Part shown: one piece after another, positions 39,721-53,329 of the stretch
How positions within the stretch are numbered: position 1 is the stretch's first letter
Layout: each line of letters starts with the position of its first letter
Source of the DNA: Trichoplax sp. H2
Taxonomy: Eukaryota
Length of the DNA: 64,000 bases
NCBI GenBank assembly: GCA_003344405.1
Contig: NOWV01000025.1
Coordinates: 62,001-126,000, forward strand
Reading direction: 5' to 3'
Translations under genes and position numbers: made by a program
Notes under the pieces: generated by a model
Database searches by the model: none
What the model saw: only the letters and a program-made list of their open reading frames with translations
Told to the model about the DNA's origin: nothing

Positions 39721-42254
39721 CTCTGACAACTACTTAGCGCATTTGGTTACCTCATCGCTGGTGATACTTCAATTATGACACTAAATATCCAATAGCAAGA
39801 AAATCGTCATGGCTTCATGGACTCAATATATTGTAGTGCTCTAGTTGAAAGTATCAGCAGCGATGGCTTCACCAAATAGTAGATGGAGTGGGGAATACTT
39901 TAGGAAGATCGAATGGACAGGCTTTTAATACGACGATCGTATTGGAAGGATAATTTTGAATTTCCAATGGTCGTCTTTTCAATTTTATTGACATTGCTAA
40001 AGGACTATTGCAATCATTGGCAATGGTGAAAATTTGCCCTTGCATTTAACGCTCATCAATACTGCTATACAGTATGCTTTTAGCGGAAGCCAACTCGCAA
40101 TCAACAAGGATTTTAAACAGACTACTTTGATTTGTCCAACTTTATCCAGCGTGATTGGCCTAGCGTCGCAATAGGCAATACTGATCGCTAGCCATTTTGA
40201 TACCATTTTACATCTGCATACAATATTGTTCAATCAGCAACGCTACCTTCTAACAAGAAGCCTAAAATTGGTAGATTACTCTATTCCATCCCTACTCTCC
40301 ATCATTGCGTGCTATTTTATATTTTACACCAATATTCAGTGACCGGTTCACCGCTCAACACTGTTTTTATACTGTTCAATCAATATTGATGCCTTTTGAA
40401 ACAACAACCCTGTCACTATTGGATAGGATTTTATGCCCATGTCGCCAAAGGTGAACCAATAATAAATTATTGAAAATATCCATCGCATCCATTATTTCAT
40501 CTTCCAAACCACCAGAGTGAAGTCCATGCGCTTATTTTATTGCCAATCCAATTGGACTTGTCATTTTTTTCACACTCTCTTCCACCAACATGGTGTACAA
40601 TATTGCATTGGAATTTTATTTTTCTACGCTTTCCTATTTCTTATTGACTGTCAGCTACGTCTCTCTTGACTCAATACAGCACAGTATTTTTCTTCTAGGA
40701 TAGGATAACCACCAGCCTTCGTTGTACTTTTACCTATCGCTGTAAATCACACAGTGGTTACCAATAGTAATATGGATAGTGTTTTAATCAATCACCCATG
40801 ATTTTACATACTGTAGTTGTTGTCCATTTTCATCCATTGGATCTTCCATGTTGACAAGATGGACTGTTTATTTGTACACCATTTTTTCAGTTTATTTATA
40901 GAAAAGTGGCAGTTGGAAACGAATACCAAAAACCAAGGTCTGTCTCCTGTATGCATTTTTCTATCCAAATAGATTGTGGTATGCCGATCGAGGTTGTGAA
41001 GTATGGAGTCCAAAGTAAATATTGGCACATCGATGCTTGCTGGAAGAATATTTACGGTATTGATGTGTATCTTTCCATTGGATTTGTAGCCAACTTCTTG
41101 AACGAACCGTAAACTACTGTTAATGAATTTTTATAGTTAGTTTACCAACACCAACCGATGCATTCTAGCATAATCATGTATTGATAGACGGACGATTGAT
41201 TGCATCAAGTTGACTGTATGGCCATTTTCTACTGTTATTCTATTTTGGGCAGGTGGTTTTCTAAATTCCCCTTGGCGTTGTAGAGGAGAAACTAGAGCTA
41301 CAGTAGAATCAACACATTTTCTGTAGTCCTTTCTAGACGGCTACGCGGAAAGTGTGTTCATGCTGCGCCTATACATGGGCCTTGTTGAGGAAGGTCATCA
41401 ACGCCATTCTCGTCAAAACAATCCTGTTTATTCCACATTGGATACCATTCCAAATCATAGACACTGGGCTGGAAAAGGTGCCCGTAGTCTAATGATCAGA
41501 GTTTAGACCGTAGGCCATCATCGTTTGCAACAGTACTATCCCGTGAGCAAACGATGGAATGTCTTCAAAAATGACAGACATTGAAGAATTTTTTGAAGCC
41601 TAGACAACTGTTCTACTAGTTCGAGCCTATGATAGCAAGTAGCGCAGCAGTATCCATCTATTACGGTTACTGGTAAACATAATAACTCGGAGATTGCAAA
41701 ATCAAGGATGGCTAAGGTACTCTGTCAGCCAAATAACTCATGTCTGCTTTTTACAAAATGGCCGACCGCTTTTGTCATTGCTCGACGAAGGATGTCTTAT
41801 TTCCAAGCATAGAGTGCACCCCTAAACTGCTATATCGGCCAGCTAATTTACAGTATCGAGTCATGACCATAGTATGCCATTAGAATTGTTAATAATATTA
41901 TTTTGAATCACAAGCAAAAGAAAATTCTATCCGTGCTGCGGTGCAGGTAATGCCGGTAATCACCAATGACAGCTTTCGCCTTGATAGAATCCATTTCTTG
42001 CCGATCGCAGTTCAATACAGATCAAAATTACCCTTGACAATCACTTTCATCGATGGCTTTAACCTCTTTAGATACAGTAGAGTACTGTAGTAGACAGATT
42101 TGAATTTTTGCTTTACTTTCGAAATTAGGTACAACACATCGATTAAGGTGATTATAGACTCCAGATCGCAAATACTGTAGACTAACGGAGCGAGAACCAA
42201 TAAACCATTTCCGTTGCTCTTGGCTGAATTTCATGCATTAATCATCTTTGTAAG

Positions 42255-43230
42255 GAAATTAAAATTTATTTTTTCCGATCTGATTCATTGCTCTGCTAAC
42301 TGAATTCAATTTATGAATCGTCATGAGGAAATTTAAATTCATTTTTTTGATCTCAACGTTTGGACCTGATTCATTGCTCTCCGAAGTGAATTCAATTTAT
42401 ATTAATAAATTGAATATATAAGGTCATAACGAAATTCAAATTCATTTTTTTGATCTCAACGTTTGGACCTGATTCATTGCTCTCCGAAGTGAATTCAATT
42501 TATATTAATAAATTGAATTGATAAGGTCATAACGAAATTCAAATTCATTTTTCCAGTCTCAACGTTTGGACCTGATCAATTGCTCTCCGAACTGAATTGA
42601 ATTTATATTAATAAATTGAATATATAAGGTCATAACGAAATTCAAATTCATTTTTCCAGTCTCAACGTTTCGACCTGATTCATTACTCTGCTAACTGAAT
42701 TGAATTTACATGAATAAATTGAATTGATGAGGTCATAACGAAATTCAAATTCATTTTTCCAGTCTCAACGTTTGGACCTGATTCATTGCTCTGCGAATTG
42801 AATTGATGAGGTCATAAGGAAATTGAAATCCATTTTTCCAATCTCAACGTTTGGACCTGATTCATTGCTCTCCGAACTGAATTGAATTTATATGAATAAA
42901 TTGAATTGATGAGGTCATAACGAAATTCAAATTCATTTTTCCAGTCTCAACGTTTGGACCTGATCAATTGCTCTCCGAACTGAATTGAATTTATATGAAT
43001 AAATTGAATTGATGAGGTCGTAAGGAAATTCAAATTCATTTTTCCAATCTCAACATTTCGACCTGATCAATTACTCTGCTAACTGAATTCAATTTATCAA
43101 TCTTTCCCATTTTAACGTTTCGACTCCATTAGTAACTGAACTGAATACACAGTCTGTTTTGCTCCATGCATGAATTCTTAGAAGGAAATTCAAATTCATT
43201 TTTGCGATCTGGACATTTCGACCTGAATGC
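42255..43230. repeat. AT-rich tandem repeat, ~120-bp unit, ~7 copies
   Basis: tctcaacgtttggacctgattcattgctctccgaa..gaatt..aataaattgaa..aggtcataacgaaattcaaattcattttt is repeated. Confidence 0.93.
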
Positions 43231-44319
43231 CTCCTCCACTAACTGCGTTAAGAAAATTGAAATCCTTTTTCAATCAGACTTGCGAGGCTTTTGATTGATC
43301 TGTATGGATCGTCAATAAAATTAAAAATTGATTTTCTTTTCGATCAGTATCTCTGCATTCAATAGATTGACTCATAAGGAAATTAAAATGGATGTTTCGG
43401 TCACTTTTTTCTACCGATCTCAACACTCCTGATTGCTCTACTGTACTTCATTACTGAAACTATTGCTTAAGTAAATAACCAACTTCAAATTGATTTTTTC
43501 GTCCCCATTTTTGTTTTTGCTACCAATCTCAACGCTTCAATCTTGTTGCTCTACTTGCTGGGATGCAATATACATTATTTATTGACCCTCATAACCAAAT
43601 TAAAATGGGAATTTTCCGCTATTATGTTGATTCTGCCCATCTCGACGTTTCCACCTGATTGCTCTAGTTACTGACTTGATTAACAACTACATATGGATAG
43701 TAAAATACGCCTAGAGGAAAATAAATTGAAGTTTAATGGCTGTGATGACGCTTACTGTACATAAAGTGGTACTAACTTGATTCAACAAATTGGATGTTTA
43801 ATCATCTCGCTTTGAAAGCTTAATGGTATCAAGAATTGAGATTATTATTATCCATTAGATGTTGAAAACATGGAACTGTGTCCAACCCTAACAGTAAAAC
43901 AATCTGTATTGCAGAAGGAAACGATAATGATAAATTATTAGTAGAAATAGAGCTACTTTAAAGTAATGTGGAAAGAGCGCTTACGTTCATTTGTCAAGCC
44001 AAGATAACTTTGCAGAAAAAGGAGAGAAAATGTCGGCCTGTACCGTATATTAAGAACGGGAATAACTACTGTGATTAGAATGGCTGTTGAGCATTGCATC
44101 GGCGTGAAAGGATTAGAAATGGGCTCTTCTTTCCGAGAAATCGTGGCAGTCATGAGCTAAAATATGCAGCCAATTCCCGTAATTCCACAAGAATGACCAA
44201 AGCCAACGGTCTCTCTCCACTGTTGTACAAATAACTGAGTGGCAATCCAGTACAAATTAGTCATGATCACCGGGTGGCAGGTATTCAGAAATACCCGTCA
44301 AGAATTCAACAACAACTTG

Positions 44320-46150
44320 ATTATTCTACCGGATAGGTTCATGAATTTTGAATTAATCAACTTTCTTGTAAAGACTGAATGAATTTCAGTCAATGCACAA
44401 GAGTTGTTCGCTTGTTGTATCAACATGCACGCTAATACAGCAAGCGTTGATGATGAGCACGATTGGGTGCCAAGCCAAGTGTAGGAAAATATCTGGGCAG
44501 GTTGAAATTTTGCAAAATGCCATGGCGCTCCATTTGTAAAGCATGGAAATTTTTATTCGACTGGATAGGCTAATTAATCTGCTTTCTTGTAATGGCTGAA
44601 TGAATTTCAGTCAATATACAGGAGTTGTTCGCTTGTTGTATCAACATGCACGCTAATGCAGCAAGCGTGCATGGTGAGCACGATTGGGTGCCAAGCCAAG
44701 TGTAGGAAAATATCCTGGGCAGGTTCAAATTTTGCAAAATGCCATGGCGCTCCATTTGTAAAGCATGGAAATTTGATTGGACTGGATAGGCTAATAAATC
44801 TGCTTTCTTGTAATGGCTGAATGAATTTCAGTCTATGCACAGGAGTTGTTCGCTTGTTGTATCAACATGCACGCTAATACAGCAAGCGTGCATGATTGGG
44901 TGCCAAGCCAACTGTAGGAAAATATCCTGGGCAGGTTGAAATTTTGCAAACCGCCATGGCGCTCCATTTGCAAAGCATCCAGATTTTATTTAGCTGGATA
45001 GGCTAATTAATCTGCTTTCTTGCAATGGCTGAATGAATTTCACTCAATACCATATTGTTATGTCAACATGCATGCCAATACAGGAAGCCTGGATGATGAG
45101 CACGATTGGGTGGGTGGTCAAGGGAACGCGATAGGGATAATATTCTGGGTAAGTTCAAATTTTAAAAATGGCCATGGCGTTCCATTTTCAATACATGGAA
45201 CTTTTATTCGACCGGATAGGTTAAGCAGCTTTCTTGTGCGAATGCATGCATTGAATGGATTTCAGTTCATGCATAGGAGTTGCTGACTAGTTGTATCAAC
45301 ATGCATGGCGATAAAAGACGCCTTGATGATGAGCATGATTGGGGTGTCAAAGGAACGCCATTGCGATAGGGTACATGAGGTAGATTGCAATTTTGCAAAA
45401 CGCTTATGGCGTTAAATTCAATTGAAAAACATCAAGTTGATTATTCTACCAACCATGTTAGTTAGCTTTGTGGTCATGATGGAATGGATCTCAGTAAAGA
45501 ATTATCCATAGCTTATCATCCACCAATTGTTGGCTTATTGCATCAACATGCATGGCGATACAAGGCATCTTTTGAACATGATGGGAGCGTCAAAGGAACG
45601 CCATAGGATATACTAAAATTGTGCTGATTGCCATAGTGTGTTGAATTTTACAAAGATGGAATGGATTATTCTACCCGATATGTTCATCTGCTTTCCTGCC
45701 ATTAGCAATTGCATGCATTTCAGTTGTGGGTTCATATACAAGTTGTTTGCCTGTTGTATCAACATATAGTGTAACAGAAGACGCCTTGATGATGAGCATG
45801 ATGGGTGTGAAAAAAAACTAGGATAACATGAGTTCCTTTCGGTAGATGGACATTTTACAGCACGTCCACATGGCCATTGGCGTTTCATTTCCAGATGTAA
45901 AATTGATTCTTCTATCCGATAATTTAAATCAACCTTGTTATCATACTTCAGTTAGTAGGCAGGAGTTGTTCCCTTGTGATAGCCACATCCATTGCATGAT
46001 CTGATCTCCTGATGATGAGCGCCATTGGGTGTGAAAAAGAAGGGCATAGGATAAATGCTAAAGAGTCAAGGGAGATCCAACCGATGACGACCGCCATTGG
46101 GTTTACTTTGACAAACATCAAGTGGATTATTCTACCGGACATGTAAATCA
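44320..46150. repeat. Tandem repeat, ~220-bp unit, near-identical at 44380-45050 and increasingly degenerate to ~46150
   Basis: gttgtatcaacatgcacgctaat..gatgagcacgattgggtgccaagccaa..ttttgcaaaatgccatggcgctccattt..ctggataggcta is repeated. Confidence 0.88.
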
Positions 46151-46793
46151 GCCTTGTCATAGGCAGATGGAATCGCTTTTAGTCTATCTACCACAGTTGT
46201 TGATTAGTGTAAATGAGGTGTATTAATAATCTATTGCCCTTTAGCAATGTTGAAAGCCTTGATGATTGCAATAGTCGATTACGGTCCTGCAAAATGGATT
46301 CTCCATGCCGCCATTTCGGCCTATCGCAAACGGCCCACCACATACTTTACGCCTACTCCTGCAGCTCTCTACAAGACAAGAATCGACACCTAAACGCCGA
46401 TCAGGATTGCGTTTTGCTACTACTGCAAGGTGGAAATGAAGAATTGGCTTGATTTCTTGTCCAAGGATAAATAAACCAATCGGTCAATAAATAAACAATT
46501 TCTTCCCCATGCGATGAAATAGTTGATTAATTTCAATTGTAATTATTAAAGCTGTTCCGTTGCTGTTCGTCAACTCCAGTGCACTGGTGTCCGTCTCGAT
46601 TGCAGTCTACGTCTTCTCAGAGGCGCATCGACAACTTGGCCATCGAATGTGTTGTCGACGATTTTGTCGTCTTTCCTAGTTGGAAATTAGCGTTGTCCTT
46701 TTGCCATCGCCATTGCAACTTAGTCAAAGTTATCTATCCACATTTTGCATCGATCCAGTTCTCATTTGATCTTTCATCCATCGCTATTCCATC

Positions 46794-49700
46794 ATGCCAA
46801 AGTCGTTTTTAGTCAAGAATTCTGCTCACGGTAGCGCTAAAAGAATCAATCGTAAACAAGGCGAAAACGGTAAGTTGATTTTGCTTAGATGCGGTAGTGC
46901 TAGAAAAATGCAATGGTCCAACAAAAAAAAATAAAACTAACGACGGCGATGATGCAACAACAACTTGCCCATGTCTATCCTCTTCTACACCAATGCATTG
47001 GATAGTATAAGAAAATGAGCTATTTTTCAGCGGCATTGTTTGCTTACAGTTAATGAACCCTTTAGTTAACTGTATTGCTGCTTGACATGATGGCAGAAAA
47101 AATACTTTTGCCTTGCTTGATGCAATGTCCTTCCTTGGCAAATACCGTAGTTTGTATCTGGCTGTCTTCATGGCCAATATTCGCTAGCCATCCTGATGGC
47201 TAGCAATGATGAGGATAAGATTCTTGTCTACTTTTGTCGCTGTCATTACTCATTAGTGCATTTCCAAAGCGTCTTGTCTAGCTGGATATAACGGATCCAA
47301 ATCCGATTTCTTTTCAACCTTGTCATATCGATAAGGGCCGCCTTGATCTGGATTCGCAATGATACCAAGGTGATAGCGATCAACGGTGAATAATTTGACT
47401 TTGCCAAGAGATTTGGTGATGATTATAATTTTATTATAGCGATTCATACAAAGTCAATCGTCTCATTGCCATCATCAACCATTTGGAAGCTCTATCCCCA
47501 TTTTATTTTTCTATCCTTCTACCATCAAGGTATCGCTAGCAACAGGTTTTTTTTTGGGGGGGGGGATCTCCATTCCTTCGCGTTGAGCGGGTTTCCTCCC
47601 TCCTCGACGGGTAGCGCTCCACGCTTTTGCACTTTTTTTCCTCCCTCTCTTTTTCTTTGACCGTAATAGCCCGATAGAGAATCAATAACAACATCTATCC
47701 AAAGATGAACTGGTTTAAAAACCACTGCGATCCCTACAGTCAAAATAGGAATTGGTCTCGACCGAGTCGATGCAATACCTAATTTTCGGTTCCTTTGAAA
47801 AATACTGGCGGTAGTAGTTTTGCAAGGACTATTTTACTCGGAGGTTGCCAACATGGATGAAAATCAATACCTACGGCATGTTTTTTAGCCGATTAAATTG
47901 AATTCTCGGTAGTCTTGGTATTTCTATCAACAGTAACCTAAGAGACAAAATAGCCATTTTCTTCACTTGCTCAATCGCTATTTGACAAGAGATGAGATCA
48001 CTTTCCATGACGTTCTGAATTCTTGGGAGAAATTACCGTTAACGCAGATCGTTATGATCATTATCCACTCTTCCATTTCCAGTCTACTGTATGTAGCGTT
48101 GTGATGGGATAGTGTAAACTCATTGTTTAGTTTGCTTGCTAGCTGTTGTTATTTTTCAATTTCTCCTACTGGATCGTTAAGACACCAGCCCATTTTAGTT
48201 GCATCAACGCGTGTGATTAATTCATGAATTATTGAAAGGATGGAGGACAAATCAAGTACGAGTTAACCATCAGTGCATTTGCTATACAGAAAATTGTTGG
48301 CCAATGATGGCGTCGGTCGGGATGATTGCAGAGTATTCTTTCTTATCGTCATGACGCTATCCAGCCAATCTCATGGAGGACTATCTATCCTAATGAAATA
48401 AGATAGTCAACAGTCTTGATGTAGATACTGTTCTACTTGTGTCTCATCGTCAGGCCCGGACGTTATTTTAGTCAAGACAACAAGAAGGAGAAAAAAATGG
48501 CGATTGCCATTTCCTCAATGGATAGTAGTTCGGATACATTAGGAATGGAGAAAGGGATAGCTGTTGTTCATAAGATTCTATAGGATCATCATCAATTTCT
48601 ATCATCCTACCAGTTTAAACTGACCAAATTGTCAACTTCAGGGTTATGATTAGTTTCTGTATCCTAAGCTTTAACTTACGTTGTCGTCGATTTTAAAAAA
48701 TAATACGTTCCACAAGCATATTCTTCCAACTACGATCAAGCACACGTCAAAATTTCCAATTTTCCCTTAACTCCTACGTTTAATTGGACCTAAATTTCCA
48801 ATCGAGGAAAGGTAGTTTTAACGCATGCATTTCATTGGCAGTTTCGGACTAACTACTTTCACCAAATGCTTCAAAAGCGTTGTCTCAAACTAAGTCGCTA
48901 AAATTGATCCATATCGATCGATCGAATACTTACCAAAAATTCAAATTTTTCCTTGATTCGTGTGCTTGCTTGGATCTTGTAAACGGATAGGAATCATCCT
49001 AACCTACGAAGGGGATAGCTTTAAGAGATGGATTCTTCGACACTTTCGGACTGAATATTTTCACCGGTGATTCCAAAGTATTGTTTTAAACTGAGCAGCG
49101 ACTACTTTTCCCCCAAAATATCCAATTATCGTTAATGTCTACCTTGAACTAAAATTGACCGTCTTGCAGAGAGGATCAGTATTTCATAGTGACGTTTTCA
49201 ATTCTGTTTTATCGCATTCGACTCACTAGTACGCCGCTATTTCGGTTCTACTAGCCTTTCACGGTACTAGAAGATAGCCGCACTTAGCCTAGTTTATAAA
49301 GCATTTTTTTCCTTGTCATTTCCTGACTAAAATGAGTAAGGAAATTGGATTTTCCAATCAAGCAAGGGTATTGACAATACTGCACTACATAACTTCTACG
49401 AATTTCTCCACGGCGTGGTCTAGACTTGATCCGCAATATTGGGGGTATGCCATTGAAAATCCGAAATGTAAACGCTTTAAATTTTCTGCCTTAGGAAATC
49501 AATCACATCAGTAATGTAGATCAAAATGTTAGTATTAATATACTTGCTTGATATGTCAGCTAATTTGGATCAAAGAAGAAGAGTGTCTCCAGCTCTTTTA
49601 CCATGTTATTGCCCGTTATGGACATGATTTATTCCATTGCCACCATACTCACAATAATAGTTAGTAGAGAGCCTACTCGCCTATCCATCCATGATGTTGG

Positions 49701-52700
49701 TGCTATAGAAGTTAGGGAGGCGGATTTTATCGCCATTGCCATACTCCTTCCATCTTCAGAAATAATAAAAGTATCCAATATAGAGCGTTCTCGCCTATCC
49801 ACAAGGATATCTTTCCAACTATTTCGAAATAGCAAAACGTTTCTGATCGATATCCACATATTGCTTATAGATGAATAAAATCGTTGGAAAAGAGATTATC
49901 ATGTTAAGAATACCTGCCTATACGCTAATAAGGTGTTAGAAGAGGAAAACATGGCAGATTCTGTGTCCATTGCATTGCTGTTATAAATACGTGTCAGCAT
50001 AACACAAAGTATTAGCACGACGTGATTTAACCAAAGTAACTGCCAGCAGATTATTTTATTTCTCACTAAGCGATGCCATGGTAGAACTGGAATAGCTTTT
50101 ACTGCTTGTGCTGCTTGGTCACTGTTCATAAACTAAATACTTTGCTTAACATATTGTAGCCGATGCCGAGCCGAAAAAGACTCCCAGTTCAGAGACTGTC
50201 AATTCGTCTAAAGGGGATCCTGTCCGGCGAGTAAAAGAAAGTAGAATAGATGAAAATGATCAACTATCCTCCGATAATAACAACACACCCAATACAAGCA
50301 AAAGCACTAGCAATAGTCCTGTCCACAATCCTACTGAAGTAAATCCCAGTAACTTGGTCCAGCCACAACCTTATCAGCAGCAAGGCTGGCCATTTTGTTT
50401 ACCTCCTTCCCTTATCCGCCATGATTTATATCGTCCGCAGCTCAATTTCACAGTTCCTACTGGAATGGCGATCCATCCTACGATCACAACATTAAATCCG
50501 CAAATGATGCAATCCATACCCTGTAAGCCATGATCATGCAATCTGATTTTCTTTATTTTGATGCTTTACTGCCTTTAAAATATCGCTCTTGAAAGTAGTT
50601 GCTCCAAGACCGATTACTCCATGGACTGTCCTCCCCAATAACCTCTATGGACTTCAGACGGGTAAGAATTGGCATCTATCATTTCCTCTAAATAAGCATT
50701 ATAGGTTAAGACTTTTTTGCATCGCAATTATTCATATCAACCATCTTCAATCTGTTCGATGATAAAAGTACAGTTTTGATCTGCGATAATTTCGTAGAGA
50801 ATGGATAACTTTCATCTTTCTTCCATTTCAGTCTATTAGATGATAATTATAATAGTACAGTTTTGATTTGTGAAAACAGCGATATTTAAGTAGAGTGTGA
50901 TTTAAATGAAAATCTTGCATAAGTCTTTAATTTCAATCTATTACATGATGATACTACAATTTCAATTTATACAAACTGCGATAGTTTAGTATGATTTCAA
51001 TGGAAATCTTGCATAAGCCTTCAATCTATTACATGATAATACTACAATTTCAATTTATGAAAACTGCGATAATTTAGTAGAGTGTGATTTAAATGAAAAT
51101 CTTGCATAAGTCTTCAATTTCAATCGATTCGATGATGATACTACAATTTCAATTTATACAAACTGCGATAGTTTAGTATGATTTCAATGGAAATCTTGCA
51201 TAAGCCTTCAATTTCAATCTATTCGATGTTAATACTACAATTTCAATTTATGAAAACTGCGATAATTTAGTAGAGTATGATTTCAATGGAAATCTTGCAT
51301 AAGCCTTCAATTTCAATCCATTCGATGATGATACTACAATTTCAATTTATACAAACTGCGATAGTTTAGTATGATTTCAATGGAAATCTTGCATAAGCCT
51401 TCAATTTCAATCTATTCGATGATAATACTACAATTTCAATTTATACAAACTGCGATAGTTTAGTATGATTTCAATGGAAATCTTGCGTAAGTCTTCAATT
51501 TCAATTTATAAAAACTGCGATAATAAATAGAGGGTGATTTAAATCAAAATCTTGAATAACCTCTTCAATTTCAATCGATTCGATGATAATACTACAATTT
51601 CAATTTATAAAAGCTGCGATAGTTTAGTATGATTTCAATGGAAATCTTGCGTAAGTCTTCAATTTCAATTTACAAAAACTGCGATAATAAATAGAGGGTG
51701 ATTTAAATCAAAATCTTGAATAACCTCTTCAATTTCAATCGATTCGATGATAATACTACAATTTCAAGTTGTAAAAACTGCGATAGTGTAGTAGAGTATA
51801 GTCTAAATGGAAAGCTGAAATAACTCGGATTTACTTCAATCTCAGTCTGTTCGATGATACTTGCACTATGTTAATTTGTAAATACCGTGATAATTTCGTA
51901 GAGTGTGTTATAAATGCAAAATCTTGAATGATTCCTTTTTTTATGGTAAAATAAACTATTGTAGGTAACAATGGATCGGTTGCCCTTCATGGTGCCACAA
52001 GAAATGGAAATAACATCTCAATTTGCCATCAGAATGGTATCATTTCTACCGCAAATATTAATTCAACTACAAATCAGCAACAAAGCAAAACCGTATCTAG
52101 TAATGATAAAATTTTAGCGGTTTCAAATCGTACTGTAGCAAATAAAGATGGCCAACTCCAGTGTCATATTTGCCACAAAAGCTATCAGTCACCGGTGCAG
52201 CTAAAACGTCATCTGAGAAGACATGCAGAAGATAAAAAACACCTATGTCCTTTCTGTAAGAAAGGTTTTAGTGATCAATTCGATTTAAAGCGACATGTCC
52301 GTATTCATACCGGAATAAAGCCATTTAGGTGTAAACTTTGCAACCGAGCATTTGCTCAACGATGCTCATTAGAATTACACTGTCAAAAGTCTCATGGTAC
52401 CGATGTAAGTATCCAAAATGTGATAAAATCGCTGTCATTGTATTAACTTGGAGGGTCTTTTATCACAAGCTGCTATTTACCTTCAGTTTCTTGCTTGATA
52501 CAATATCGATTGCATTCTACGTATTATCGATCTATCTTTTACGTTAATATTATCAGCTCTATTTACTGAGGAAATAGATCGAAATAGTTGACCAGACTTA
52601 ATAAGTTACTAAATGAAGATTTTAAAATTTTTCCTGTACGGATTATTTTCTATGATTGTCTACCTTAGGCTCAATATAAATTCCGAGAAAGACGAGAAAA

Positions 52701-52821
52701 AGTTTATGTATGCGAAACTTGTGGTTTTACTGCTAAGGAAATTCAACCTTATCATGAACATCTTTTGTCTCACAAAGGAGATCCTAGCGTTATCTTTCAA
52801 CCTAAATTTTTAAAGCAATAG
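46794..52821 (+). CDS. ovo: Ovo/OVOL/shavenbaby-family C2H2 zinc-finger transcription factor with N-terminal SNAG motif; exons 46794-46869, 50160-50522, 50599-50661, 51965-52404, 52669-52821
   Basis: First exon is MPKSFLVK...N|gtaagt (SNAG). The four fingers CHICHKSY..LKRHLRRH, HLCPFCKKGFSDQFDLKRHVRIHTGIKPFRCKLCNRAFAQRCSLELHCQKSHG and the Ovo-specific YKFRERREKVYVCETCG follow. All phases are compatible. Confidence 0.92.
50860..51930. repeat. TTCAAT-rich tandem repeat (~55-120 bp subunits) in an Ovo intron
   Basis: aaactgcgata..tttagta..gatttcaatggaaatcttgcataagccttcaatttcaatctattcgatgataatactacaatttcaattt is repeated ~8-9 times. Confidence 0.92.
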
Positions 52822-53329
52822 AGCTCTATATTTCGATAATTGACCTACTGTAGTATTCCTTTATTACTATAACATTTTATCTCTGCCCTTACGATAGTCA
52901 AATGATTTGAACTATTCTAAGATCTTAGTCTATCTTTTGAAATAATAATTATATAAACTGTACGATAGCTTCTTCACTTCTGTTAATAATGGTTTTGCGC
53001 TGCTGTGATTATTACCTATCCTTTAACTTATTAGTCATGATCTTGGCTCTTACTGTGCTGTGCTGTGCTGTAGGTAATTATAACGATACCATTTCGAGCA
53101 TATTCGGACATTGTCTATATGCGTTAAGCGTTAGTCTTGATATCATATCTGTCTAACTCTTTTATCATATTATCGTGTCGTTTTTCCTTCTCTAAAGCTT
53201 GATTGGATCATGGATGTACGCCGATTATGGTCAAATAGTACTATGTCTTTGCGTAATAAAGTCTTAACCCAGCAAAGAGTTTTGTTATTGGAGGTGTCGT
53301 TTGACTGATGGCAGATACAGACTATTGGT

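Noticed and set aside
42700..43040. Hammerhead-ribozyme-like TGATGAG..CGAAA in the 120-bp repeat
   Set aside because: The core reads TTGATGAG rather than CTGATGAG, stem II cannot form properly, and stem I/NUH geometry does not fit. It is likely chance in AT-rich DNA.
47253..47447. Small ORF with LDPLY near Ovo, reminiscent of pri/tarsal-less LDPTGxY peptides
   Set aside because: The motif match is poor, it is a single antisense ORF, and it is not a polycistronic repeat of short ORFs.
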